DNA of 64,000 nucleotides from an uncultured Flavobacteriales bacterium (GTDB taxonomy: Bacteria; Bacteroidota; Bacteroidia; Flavobacteriales_D; Parvicellaceae), in NCBI GenBank assembly GCA_964455265.1, contig CAYVVI010000001.1:4593-68592 (forward strand), in the 5' to 3' direction. Made by a program: the position numbers and the translations under genes. The notes beneath the pieces are model-generated. The model did not search any database. It saw only the letters and a list, made by a program, of their open reading frames with translations, and was not told the origin of the DNA. This document shows positions 34,734 to 43,449 of the stretch, in pieces (positions within the stretch are counted from its first letter, which is position 1; each line of letters starts with the position of its first letter).

Positions 34734-35330
34734 TTGCTCCAACAAAATGATTACGCTGTGATAGATAAAGCAATAAAATTTTTAGGCGAACAAGTAAACG
34801 ACTACGTAAAGTTAAAGACTGGTGCCACTACCGATAAGGTGGTTATGTCAAATGTGGTTACACAGTCTGGCTCAATTGCTATAGCAGATAACAATGTAGC
34901 GCTTACCTTAGTTAATATAGAAGAAGAAAGAATTACAAAAGTACAAACGCCCTATGTTGTTACATCAGAAGGAGAGAGTATAAAAGTAAACCCTGAAATT
35001 AAGCTTAATTTCTATATACTTTTCTCTTCTTACTCTTCAAATAACTACGAAGACTCACTGCGACTACTATCTCACGTAATCACATTTTTTCAATCGAAAT
35101 ATGTGTTTAATCAACAAAACTCTCCTTTGCTTGATAACCGCATTGAAAAATTAATAGTAGACATGTTTTCCATACCGATAGAGCAGCAAAATTATTTATG
35201 GACATATGTTGGTGCTAAGTACTTGCCTTCGGTAGTTTATAAGGTGCGTTTAGTGGCAATTCAAGAACTACAAGCTCTTGAATCGCTCACAGAAGTTGAA
35301 TCATTTGGGTTGGATATTTCAAACAGTTAA
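34734..35330 (+). CDS. DUF4255 (Afp16/Pvc16 N-terminal-like) tail cap/terminator protein
   Basis: First gene of the structural operon. Size and the N-terminal pattern (IDKAIKFLGEQVNDYVK) are typical of DUF4255. TTG 34734 overlaps the -7-like box, so GTG 34758 is the more likely start. Confidence 0.65.
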   Translation: MLQQNDYAVIDKAIKFLGEQVNDYVKLKTGATTDKVVMSNVVTQSGSIAIADNNVALTLVNIEEERITKVQTPYVVTSEGESIKVNPEIKLNFYILFSSYSSNNYEDSLRLLSHVITFFQSKYVFNQQNSPLLDNRIEKLIVDMFSIPIEQQNYLWTYVGAKYLPSVVYKVRLVAIQELQALESLTEVESFGLDISNS

Positions 35331-35334
35331 TTAA

Positions 35335-36384
35335 ATGATAACTAATTATAAAAAATTAATAACATTGACTATTCTGCACAACTATTATGTGAGCGGAATA
35401 TGTAAAGACTTTTCTATTATACCTACAGAAGAAACCATTAGTTTACTAAACGGATATAGGTTAAAGCTAAAAGCAACTCCAACAGGATTTTTTATTTTGT
35501 ACCAATCTAGAGACGGCAGTCCTGTAGTTCCTGTAGATACGGACATTAAGCTGACGTTTATGCTAGTTAGTAATAACACAGCACTTTTTAACTTTACAGA
35601 ATTGCCCTTGCTAAGCAACTCTAACTCCATCTACTTACTTGAGAATAACAGCATGAGCGAACCTCTTGTTCTATCTAACAATCAAGTAGAATTGTTTGGA
35701 AGCACCATCAATTATGCTTTTGCTCTTGGGCAAAACACATCTAGAATAAAACTGATAAATTTTAATAATGAAACTATTATAGATCAATTAATTTCTCCAA
35801 TCTCAGAAGATCCAACTGGCACGTTCAATTTTAATTATCAATTTATGCTTAATGGATTTGCTAATGGAAAATATACCATTGAGCATTATGCAGGTATTGA
35901 TAACAATACCCTTCAGCAACAATCAGTAGTATATGTAAGCCCAAGTGTGGTTAAGCAAAAACCATTTGCCGTTATTGAGTTATTACAAAGCCAAGCATCT
36001 ATAGATTCTGCATATTCAACCGCAATAGATTATACTATTGAATACGATAGAAAACTAATAGAACTATCGTATGATTTAAAAATTGAAGAAGATTATTCGG
36101 GTAAAATATTTTTTATAGAAGACGCAGCAGTGTCTCAACCAGACACCCCTTACTCAACGATAAACAGATTAAAAGGAGATGTTGACTTAGCAAACTCAAA
36201 GATTATCCATTTTAATGTAGATGTAGATGACAACCCTGTTGACTTTCCTTTATTTGAAAAACCAAGACTAGGGTTAGAGTTGGTTAGATACAATGAAGAC
36301 GAAACCGGAAGAGAAGTTGTGCTTCAGAACCTGCCAAATCCATCGGCAAAAAGCCCTAACCCAAAAGTATTTATAAGTAAATAA
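35335..36384 (+). CDS. conserved-position CIS protein of unknown function
   Basis: 349-aa ORF between the cap-like gene and the sheath genes. No motif was recognised. Confidence 0.55.
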   Translation: MITNYKKLITLTILHNYYVSGICKDFSIIPTEETISLLNGYRLKLKATPTGFFILYQSRDGSPVVPVDTDIKLTFMLVSNNTALFNFTELPLLSNSNSIYLLENNSMSEPLVLSNNQVELFGSTINYAFALGQNTSRIKLINFNNETIIDQLISPISEDPTGTFNFNYQFMLNGFANGKYTIEHYAGIDNNTLQQQSVVYVSPSVVKQKPFAVIELLQSQASIDSAYSTAIDYTIEYDRKLIELSYDLKIEEDYSGKIFFIEDAAVSQPDTPYSTINRLKGDVDLANSKIIHFNVDVDDNPVDFPLFEKPRLGLELVRYNEDETGREVVLQNLPNPSAKSPNPKVFISK

Positions 36385-36424
36385 TTTAAACTAAGAATAA
36401 TAAAAAACAAAAAAACAAAAAACT

Positions 36425-37744
36425 ATGGCAACATTAAAAACACCGGGAGTTTATGTACAAGAGATCACAAAATTCCCGCCTTCGGTAGCGCAGGTAGAAA
36501 CTGCAATACCAGCATTTATGGGTTATACAGAAAATGCTGTAACAGAACCCAAACGCATTAAATCAATGGTAGAGTTTGAGCAAATTTTTGGAGGTGCTGC
36601 TCCTGCAGGGTTATCACTTTCAATAACTTTGACAGACGGAGTATTAACCAGTGCTACACCAACCCAAGACGATTCTTTTTATCTTTATTATTCCTTACAG
36701 TTGTATTTTGCAAATGGAGGCGGTCCTTGTTATGTAGTTTCTACAGGCACTTACTCATCTACTCCTGCTGCTGCTGACTTTACAGGTGCTATTGCTAAAC
36801 TTAAAAAGGAAGATGAGCCAACCTTGCTTGTACCTGTTGATGCGGTTAATTTAGCTACTTATTATGATATTGCCATAGCATGTCTTAACCAGTGTAACAA
36901 TTTACAAGATCGATTTACGATTATTGATGTTGTTGATTCTGGTATTATTGCTACTGATTCAAGTAGTTTTAGAACAGCGATTGGCATTAATCACCTTAAA
37001 TATGGTGCCGCTTATTATCCATACTTAAACACAAGTCTAACATATCCAGATTCTTCCATCGAATTAAGTGGAGCTATATCAGGTGTTTTGGAAGATTTAA
37101 TTAATGATGGTAGTGTAAATGGAATTTTAGCAGATTTGAGAGCCGCTATTTCAAAGGTAGTTATTACCCTCCCTCCAAGTGCTGCTATTGCTGGTATTTA
37201 TGCATCGGTAGATAGAGACAGAGGAGTTTGGAAAGCCCCTGCAAACGTAAGTTTAAATGCAGTAATAGCTCCTACCATTAAAATAGATGATGCAGACCAA
37301 GAATTATTGAATGTTGATACAACTGCAGGTAAATCAATCAATGCTATTCGTGCTTTTATAGGCAAAGGCACATTGGTATGGGGTTCTAGAACACTAGCAG
37401 GCAATGACAACGAGTGGAGATATGTTCCTGTAAGAAGATTGTTCATTACAGTAGAAGAATCTGTAAAGAAATCTACTTCATGGGCAGTATTCGAACCAAA
37501 CGATGCCAACACATGGGTAAGAATAAAAGCACAAATAGAAAACTACCTTACTGGATTATGGAAAAATGGAGCATTAGCTGGTGCAACACCAGATGAAGCA
37601 TTTTTTGTAGCCGTAGGATTAGGAAGTACCATGACGGCTGATGATATACTAAACGGCTATATGAATATAGAAATAGGTATGGCAGCAGTTCGTCCAGCAG
37701 AATTTATCGTACTTAAATTCTCGCATAAATTACAAACATCATAA
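36425..37744 (+). CDS. contractile sheath protein, paralog 1 (Afp2-4 / phage tail sheath family)
   Basis: The N-terminus is LKTPGVYVQEI..PPS....TAIPAFMGYTE. The C-terminal sheath domain is INAIRAFIGKGTLVWGSRTL...EWRYVPVRRL. Confidence 0.9.
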   Translation: MATLKTPGVYVQEITKFPPSVAQVETAIPAFMGYTENAVTEPKRIKSMVEFEQIFGGAAPAGLSLSITLTDGVLTSATPTQDDSFYLYYSLQLYFANGGGPCYVVSTGTYSSTPAAADFTGAIAKLKKEDEPTLLVPVDAVNLATYYDIAIACLNQCNNLQDRFTIIDVVDSGIIATDSSSFRTAIGINHLKYGAAYYPYLNTSLTYPDSSIELSGAISGVLEDLINDGSVNGILADLRAAISKVVITLPPSAAIAGIYASVDRDRGVWKAPANVSLNAVIAPTIKIDDADQELLNVDTTAGKSINAIRAFIGKGTLVWGSRTLAGNDNEWRYVPVRRLFITVEESVKKSTSWAVFEPNDANTWVRIKAQIENYLTGLWKNGALAGATPDEAFFVAVGLGSTMTADDILNGYMNIEIGMAAVRPAEFIVLKFSHKLQTS

Positions 37745-37745
37745 T
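37310..37745 (+). repeat. 436-bp block identical to 38765-39200 (3' ends of the two sheath genes)
   Basis: Offset of 1455 bp. The sequence reads identical by eye from AATGTTGATACAACTGCAGG through the stop codon, and the antisense track ORFs in the two copies are identical. A further 120 bp or so upstream is highly similar. Confidence 0.85.
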
Positions 37746-37762
37746 AGCTATTTATTTTATTC

Positions 37763-39199
37763 ATGGCATTAGCATTTAAAACACCAGGAGTTTATGTACA
37801 AGAGATAGCAAAGCTACCTCCTTCAATTGCCGAAGTTGCAACAGCGGTACCTGTTTTTATAGGATATACAGAAAAAGCAGTTGGGGCAAATGGAGGAAGC
37901 ATATCTCTAGTGCCTACAAAAATAAGTTCCTTGTTGGAGTATGAACAACTGTTTGGAGGATCGAATGCTTCAATAACTGTTGAGTTAGATAGCGAAAATG
38001 TTATTTCAGATATTTCGGTTTCTGATGGATCATTAAAGTATGTAATGTATTATAGTGTACAGATGTACTTTAAAAATGGTGGAGCACCATGCTATATAGT
38101 TTCTGTTTCTGAATATAAAGATTCTGCTCCTTATGTTAAAAAGAATGAACTAAAGACGGGACTGGAAAGTATATTTAAGGAAGACGAAATTACATTAATT
38201 GTGTTTCCAGACATTACATGTATATCTGGTACCACCACCACATGTGTTGCAAATATGTGTGAGGTTTATAAAGAAGCATTAATTCAATGCAATAAACTTC
38301 AGGATAGATTTGTCATCATGGATGTAATTCATTCTCTTTCGTCTAATTCAATTGCAGATTTTAGAACCAACATCGGAACCCAACATTTAAAGTATGGTGC
38401 AGCGTATTATCCTCGCTTAGTTAGTACACTAAAGTATCAGTATACTGATGATAAAGTAGTCTTTAGTCAATCGTCAGGGTCAACTGATATTAATACTAAA
38501 ACACTTGCCGAAGTATTAGAAGCCATTGAAGACGGCTTAGGAACGGCTTACGAACCATTCGTAACGAATGAGTTTGTAACCATCATTCGAGACAGCATAC
38601 TCGATCAAACGGGTAATTTAATGCTGCCTACGTCTCCTATTATGGCTGGTATTTATGCATCGGTAGATAGAGATAGAGGAGTTTGGAAGGCACCTGCTAA
38701 TGTGAGTATCTCAAATGTTATTGGTCCTGAAATAAAACTTACAGACGAGGACCAAGAGTTGCTTAATGTTGATACAACTGCAGGTAAATCAATCAATGCT
38801 ATTCGTGCTTTTATAGGCAAAGGCACATTGGTATGGGGTTCTAGAACACTAGCAGGCAATGACAACGAGTGGAGATATGTTCCTGTAAGAAGATTGTTCA
38901 TTACAGTAGAAGAATCTGTAAAGAAATCTACTTCATGGGCAGTATTCGAACCAAACGATGCCAACACATGGGTAAGAATAAAAGCACAAATAGAAAACTA
39001 CCTTACTGGATTATGGAAAAATGGAGCATTAGCTGGTGCAACACCAGATGAAGCATTTTTTGTAGCCGTAGGATTAGGAAGTACCATGACGGCTGATGAT
39101 ATACTAAACGGCTATATGAATATAGAAATAGGTATGGCAGCAGTTCGTCCAGCAGAATTTATCGTACTTAAATTCTCGCATAAATTACAAACATCATAA
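37763..39199 (+). CDS. contractile sheath protein, paralog 2
   Basis: Same signatures as paralog 1. The last 145 codons or so are identical at DNA level to paralog 1. Confidence 0.9.
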   Translation: MALAFKTPGVYVQEIAKLPPSIAEVATAVPVFIGYTEKAVGANGGSISLVPTKISSLLEYEQLFGGSNASITVELDSENVISDISVSDGSLKYVMYYSVQMYFKNGGAPCYIVSVSEYKDSAPYVKKNELKTGLESIFKEDEITLIVFPDITCISGTTTTCVANMCEVYKEALIQCNKLQDRFVIMDVIHSLSSNSIADFRTNIGTQHLKYGAAYYPRLVSTLKYQYTDDKVVFSQSSGSTDINTKTLAEVLEAIEDGLGTAYEPFVTNEFVTIIRDSILDQTGNLMLPTSPIMAGIYASVDRDRGVWKAPANVSISNVIGPEIKLTDEDQELLNVDTTAGKSINAIRAFIGKGTLVWGSRTLAGNDNEWRYVPVRRLFITVEESVKKSTSWAVFEPNDANTWVRIKAQIENYLTGLWKNGALAGATPDEAFFVAVGLGSTMTADDILNGYMNIEIGMAAVRPAEFIVLKFSHKLQTS

Positions 39200-39200
39200 A
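38765..39200 (+). repeat. 436-bp block identical to 37310-37745
   Basis: See the partner copy. Confidence 0.85.
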
Positions 39201-39246
39201 ATAGTAATAACAAAACAATTAATAACAACTAAAAAAACAAAAAATT

Positions 39247-39675
39247 ATGGCTTATCCGTTACCAGTGTTTCACTTTACAGTAGATTGGGGTGGCACAAAA
39301 CTAGGGTTTACAGAAGTTTCCGGTTTAGATGCTTCAAAAGAAGTAATTGAATACCGCGATGGTGTTGACCCAGAATTTACAAAACTTAAAATGCCGGGGC
39401 TAAATAACTTCGGAAACCTAACCTTTAAAAGAGGTATAGCGGCAGCAGATAATGAATTTTTTGACTGGTATAATGCTACAAAAATGAATGTGCCAGAAAG
39501 AAGAGACATTACGGTTAGCTTACTCAATGAAGATCATGCTCCTGTTATGACATGGAAGGTTAAAAGTTGTTGGGTGACTAAAATTACCTCTCCATCACTT
39601 AATTCTACAGGAAATGAAGTGGCAATTGAAACTATGGAAATTGCGCATGAAGGATTAAATATTGAAAATAACTAG
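39247..39675 (+). CDS. CIS inner tube protein, paralog 1 (T4 gp19 / Afp1-like)
   Basis: YPLPVFHFTVDWGG...GFTEVSGL, the characteristic FHF...F.EVSGL tube signature. Confidence 0.85.
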   Translation: MAYPLPVFHFTVDWGGTKLGFTEVSGLDASKEVIEYRDGVDPEFTKLKMPGLNNFGNLTFKRGIAAADNEFFDWYNATKMNVPERRDITVSLLNEDHAPVMTWKVKSCWVTKITSPSLNSTGNEVAIETMEIAHEGLNIENN

Positions 39676-39677
39676 TA

Positions 39678-40121
39678 ATGGCTTATTACCCACCAACAGG
39701 CTTTCATTTTGTGGTTCATTTTGAGCTTCCTGGACTTCTTGGTACTGGCAATGATGTTAGGTTTCAGGAAGTTTCAGGATTATCAGCTTCAATAGAAACA
39801 GAACCATTGAAAGAAGGAGGAGAAAATCGTTTCACACACACCTTGCCTTTAAGAACCAGTTATGAAAAACTGGTTCTTAAAAGAGGTATGCTAACCGATT
39901 CGAAGTTGATTGCGTGGATGAAAGATGCCATTGACAACTTTAAATTTTCTCCTATCACAATTAACGTAATGTTATTGGATGAGAACCATCTGCCCGTTAC
40001 AAATTGGTCCTTTGTAAACGCATGGCCAGAAAAATGGTCCGTGAGCAATCTAAATGCCCAAGAAAATTCTTTGGTTATAGAAACAATAGAGTTATCATAT
40101 AATTACTTTAAAAAGAATTAG
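39678..40121 (+). CDS. CIS inner tube protein, paralog 2 (Afp5-like)
   Basis: PPTGFHFVVHF...VRFQEVSGLSA, the same family signature. Confidence 0.85.
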   Translation: MAYYPPTGFHFVVHFELPGLLGTGNDVRFQEVSGLSASIETEPLKEGGENRFTHTLPLRTSYEKLVLKRGMLTDSKLIAWMKDAIDNFKFSPITINVMLLDENHLPVTNWSFVNAWPEKWSVSNLNAQENSLVIETIELSYNYFKKN

Positions 40122-40123
40122 TT

Positions 40124-40300
40124 ATGCCCGTAGAAATAAAAGAATTAATAATTAAAGCTTTTATTGGTAGTGATGAAGACAAAAGTTCTGACCCAAAAAA
40201 AAAGAAGAATGATTCTTGTGGTAAAACACCCAAAAACGAATCCGTTGATGAAAGCATAAATCAAATGCTGTATTTAATAAAAAATAAGAACGAAAGATAA
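40124..40300 (+). CDS. small conserved eCIS protein (Afp6/DUF5908-like)
   Basis: Translated by hand; it is below the track cut-off. The 58-aa product is MPVEIKELIIKAFIGSDEDKSS...NQMLYLIKNKNER. The MP.EI.EL.IKA N-terminus and the position between the tube and LysM genes are typical. Its stop overlaps the next ATG (TAATG). Confidence 0.55.
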   Translation: MPVEIKELIIKAFIGSDEDKSSDPKKKKNDSCGKTPKNESVDESINQMLYLIKNKNER

Positions 40301-40974
40301 TGCCAACATTAGAAAAACTTAAAATACTTGCTTTTAGAGACGATAAGTTTCTTGTTCCATTACCAATTGGGGCTTTTGTGGCAATGTTTAATCCTGAATC
40401 CTATAGCACAACACATTCTGTTGATTACTGCGAAACGAAAGACATAGGAGGAAATGGAGGAACCATAACGTATAAGAGAGTTAGATCTAAAGATTTTAGT
40501 TTTGATCTTACGTTTGATGGCACTGGTGTTGGCGGACTTAAAGTGCCTGTTCCTATTCAGGTTGCTAATTTTTTAATGCTTTCTAAAATTAACGGGACTA
40601 TCCATCGACCTCCATATTTGATATTAAACTGGGGTACATTGGTTTTGAAATGTGTTTTGGAAAAAGCAACAGTGAGTTACACTTTATTTGACTCATTTGG
40701 GGTGCCATTGAGGGCAAAAGTAACAGCATCCTTTAAAGAAGCGCTATCTGGTGAAAAGAGAGCGAAAGATGCCAATAAAAACTCCCCCGATTTAACACAT
40801 GAAGTGATAGTGAAGGCAGGAGATACTTTACCCATGCTTTGTTATGAAAAGTATGGTGACATCTCTTTTTATAAAGATGTGGCTCGAATAAACAATATTA
40901 CGAATTTCAGAAAATTAAAAGAAGGCACCACATTGTACTTCCCTCCTATTGTAAATGAATCTATTAGCGAATAA
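40300..40974 (+). CDS. tube-initiator-like protein with C-terminal LysM (Afp7-like)
   Basis: Has a tube-like N-terminal domain plus LysM (HEVIVKAGDTLPMLCYEKYGDISFYKDVARINNITNFRKLKEGTTLYFP). Confidence 0.75.
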   Translation: MPTLEKLKILAFRDDKFLVPLPIGAFVAMFNPESYSTTHSVDYCETKDIGGNGGTITYKRVRSKDFSFDLTFDGTGVGGLKVPVPIQVANFLMLSKINGTIHRPPYLILNWGTLVLKCVLEKATVSYTLFDSFGVPLRAKVTASFKEALSGEKRAKDANKNSPDLTHEVIVKAGDTLPMLCYEKYGDISFYKDVARINNITNFRKLKEGTTLYFPPIVNESISE

Positions 40975-40976
40975 TT

Positions 40977-42725
40977 ATGGCAGTTCGACAATTAATACCA
41001 ATAAAAGGTGCTACAGATATCGCTACGTTTAAAATCTTCTCTGAAGATCTTGAGATAAAGGGATTTTATGAAGTTGTTGGAATTCACGTAAAAAAATCGA
41101 TTAATAAAATATCATCGGCTATTATAATTATTAACGATGGAAAAGTTGAAGATGGAAAATTTTTAATAAGTGATTCCAAAGACTTTATTCCTGGTAAAAA
41201 AATCAAAGTTCAATTAGGATATGAATCCAAGAACGAAGTCGTTTTTGAAGGAATTGTTGTTAAACACAATATCAATATTAAATCAGATAGCCCTTCTCTT
41301 CTTGTTATTGAAGCAAAACACGAAGCCGTTAAAATGACGGTAGGAAGAAAAAATGCTTTTTTCATCAAAGAATTAGACTCTGAAATTATATCAGATATAG
41401 TAGAGGCAAATGGACTTACCGTTTCGGTAGATGCTACGAAAGTAAAACATCAGAAAATGGTTCAGTATAATGTCACAGATTGGGATTTTATATCTATGCG
41501 TGCAGATGCTAATGGTCTATTAGTATATACAAATGAAAAAAAACTAGAGATTAAAGCTCCCAAACTCTCTGCAACTCCTGATTTGACACTAAGCTATGGT
41601 GACAACATTATGGAATTTGAGGCAGAAATTGATGCTAGACATCAAGTAGAGAATGTTATAGCTACATCTTGGGATTTCTCAAAACAAGAACTAGTTGAAG
41701 TAGAAGCCAAAGACCCTAAAGTTAAAGAGCAAGGGAATGTTAAAACATCAGACATTGCTAAAACATTAGAGGTAAAGGATTATACAATGTATCACTCAGG
41801 ACAGCTATCCGACCCCGAACTTCAGGATTGGGCAAATGCTCGTGTGCTTAGAAATGCACTTTCCAAAATAAGAGGAAGAGTTAAGTTTCAGGGATATTCT
41901 GAAATAAATCCAGGAGACACAATTAAGTTTGACGGTGTTGGAGATAGATTTAATGGAAACTCATTCATCTCAGGAGTATTTCAAGATTTTGACAAAGGAA
42001 TTTGGACCACTCATGTAGAGTTTGGATTATCAAATGACATATTCTCAAAAAACTATGATGACATAGTTGATTTACCTGTCTCTGGTTTGTTGGGTCCAAT
42101 ATATGGGTTACAAGTTGGTATAGTTACAAGTCTTGAAGACGAAGACTCACTAAATAGGATTAAAGTTAAAATTCCAATCATCAGTGCTGAAGATGAAGGC
42201 ATTTGGGCAAGGATTGTAAGTTTAGATTCTGGAGCTGATAAAGGGGTTTTCTTTAGACCTGATGTTGGTGATGAGGTTATTGTAGGATTTATAAATGACG
42301 ACCCAAGAAATGCAATCATTATCGGTGCTGTTCATAGTACAGATAAGGCCGCTCCATTTGAGTTAAATGATGACAACTTTGAAAAAGGGATCGTTACCAA
42401 AGAAAAACTCAAATTGGTTTTTAACGATGAAACAAAAAGTATTCTCATTGAAACTCCCGAAGGAAACAAAATAACTATAAGTGAAGAAGAGGAAGGAATT
42501 ATTATTGAGGATCAGAATAAAAACAAAATAGAAATGAATGCCGATGGAATAACCATTGAGAGTGCTAAAGATTTTACCATAAAAGCAAGTGGAGATGTAA
42601 AAATTGAGGGGGTTAACATTGAACAAAATGCAAACTCAGAAGTAGCTATTGATGGTAAAGGAGGATTGTCCCTCACAACCTCGGCTATAGCGGAAGTAAA
42701 AGGATCTTTAGTCAAAATAAACTAA
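40977..42725 (+). CDS. VgrG-like spike (gp27/gp5; Afp8-like)
   Basis: 582 aa with gpD/gp27-like N-terminal two-thirds, an OB-fold gp5 segment (GDEVIVGFINDDPRNAIIIGAVHS), and a C-terminal beta-helix-like repeat region. Confidence 0.85.
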   Translation: MAVRQLIPIKGATDIATFKIFSEDLEIKGFYEVVGIHVKKSINKISSAIIIINDGKVEDGKFLISDSKDFIPGKKIKVQLGYESKNEVVFEGIVVKHNINIKSDSPSLLVIEAKHEAVKMTVGRKNAFFIKELDSEIISDIVEANGLTVSVDATKVKHQKMVQYNVTDWDFISMRADANGLLVYTNEKKLEIKAPKLSATPDLTLSYGDNIMEFEAEIDARHQVENVIATSWDFSKQELVEVEAKDPKVKEQGNVKTSDIAKTLEVKDYTMYHSGQLSDPELQDWANARVLRNALSKIRGRVKFQGYSEINPGDTIKFDGVGDRFNGNSFISGVFQDFDKGIWTTHVEFGLSNDIFSKNYDDIVDLPVSGLLGPIYGLQVGIVTSLEDEDSLNRIKVKIPIISAEDEGIWARIVSLDSGADKGVFFRPDVGDEVIVGFINDDPRNAIIIGAVHSTDKAAPFELNDDNFEKGIVTKEKLKLVFNDETKSILIETPEGNKITISEEEEGIIIEDQNKNKIEMNADGITIESAKDFTIKASGDVKIEGVNIEQNANSEVAIDGKGGLSLTTSAIAEVKGSLVKIN

Positions 42726-42736
42726 AGTTAAAAACC

Positions 42737-43015
42737 ATGCCAGCAGCAGCAAGATTAGGAGATACAACAAATCATGGAGGTACAATTACAGGGCCAGGCG
42801 AAGCAACCGTATTGATTGGCGGAGCTCCTGCAGCAGTTGTTTCTGATATGCATTTGTGCGCATTACCTCCAAATACACATCCATTAACCTCTAGTCCTTT
42901 TCCAACAGGAAGTACAAAGGTTTTAATTGGAGGAAAACCGGCAATACGGGTTGGCGATGCTTGTGTGTGTGGTGCATCAGCGGTTGTGGGAGAACCTACA
43001 GTAATGATTGGATAA
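42737..43015 (+). CDS. PAAR-domain spike tip protein
   Basis: AARLGDTTNHGGTITGPGEATVLIGGAPAA ... VLIGGKPAIRVGD, the typical PAAR repeats. Confidence 0.9.
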   Translation: MPAAARLGDTTNHGGTITGPGEATVLIGGAPAAVVSDMHLCALPPNTHPLTSSPFPTGSTKVLIGGKPAIRVGDACVCGASAVVGEPTVMIG

Positions 43016-43028
43016 AAAACAAAGAGTT

Positions 43029-43442
43029 ATGGCAGAAAAAAGAAAAACATTTTTAGGAACGGGATGGGGCTTCCCACCCACATTTGACAGACACAACAAA
43101 AGTGTAGAAATGGTTTCTAATGAGGATGATATTTATCAAAGTCTTGAAATTTTGCTTTCTACTGGACTAGGAGAAAGAGTTATGCAGCCAGAATATGGTA
43201 GCGATCTTTCTAAATTAATTTTTGAACCTATTGATGTAACGTTTGAGTCATTGATAAAAGACCGTATTTCGGATGCCATATTGTATCATGAACCAAGAAT
43301 TACGGTAGATAACATTGAATTAGAAAGAAAAGAAACCGAAGGACTAATTAATATAAGTATTGATTTTACAGTAAGAACAACAAACTCAAGAAGCAATATT
43401 GTATTTCCTTTTTATTTAAACGAAGCAACAAACATTATATAG
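43029..43442 (+). CDS. baseplate wedge protein gp25/GPW-like (Afp9-like)
   Basis: FLGTGWGFPPTFD...LSTGLGERVMQPEYGSDLSKLIFEP, the gp25 lysozyme-like fold signature. ATG 43029 is preferred to the TTG at 43008. Confidence 0.85.
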   Translation: MAEKRKTFLGTGWGFPPTFDRHNKSVEMVSNEDDIYQSLEILLSTGLGERVMQPEYGSDLSKLIFEPIDVTFESLIKDRISDAILYHEPRITVDNIELERKETEGLINISIDFTVRTTNSRSNIVFPFYLNEATNII

Positions 43443-43449
43443 TTTAGTT

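Noticed and set aside
37198-37512. Identical 104-aa and 60-aa ORFs appear twice (37198-37512 and 38653-38967; 37414-37596 and 38869-39051).
   Set aside because: They are artefacts of the duplicated 3' ends of the two sheath genes. They are antisense or out of frame relative to a strongly supported sheath reading frame.
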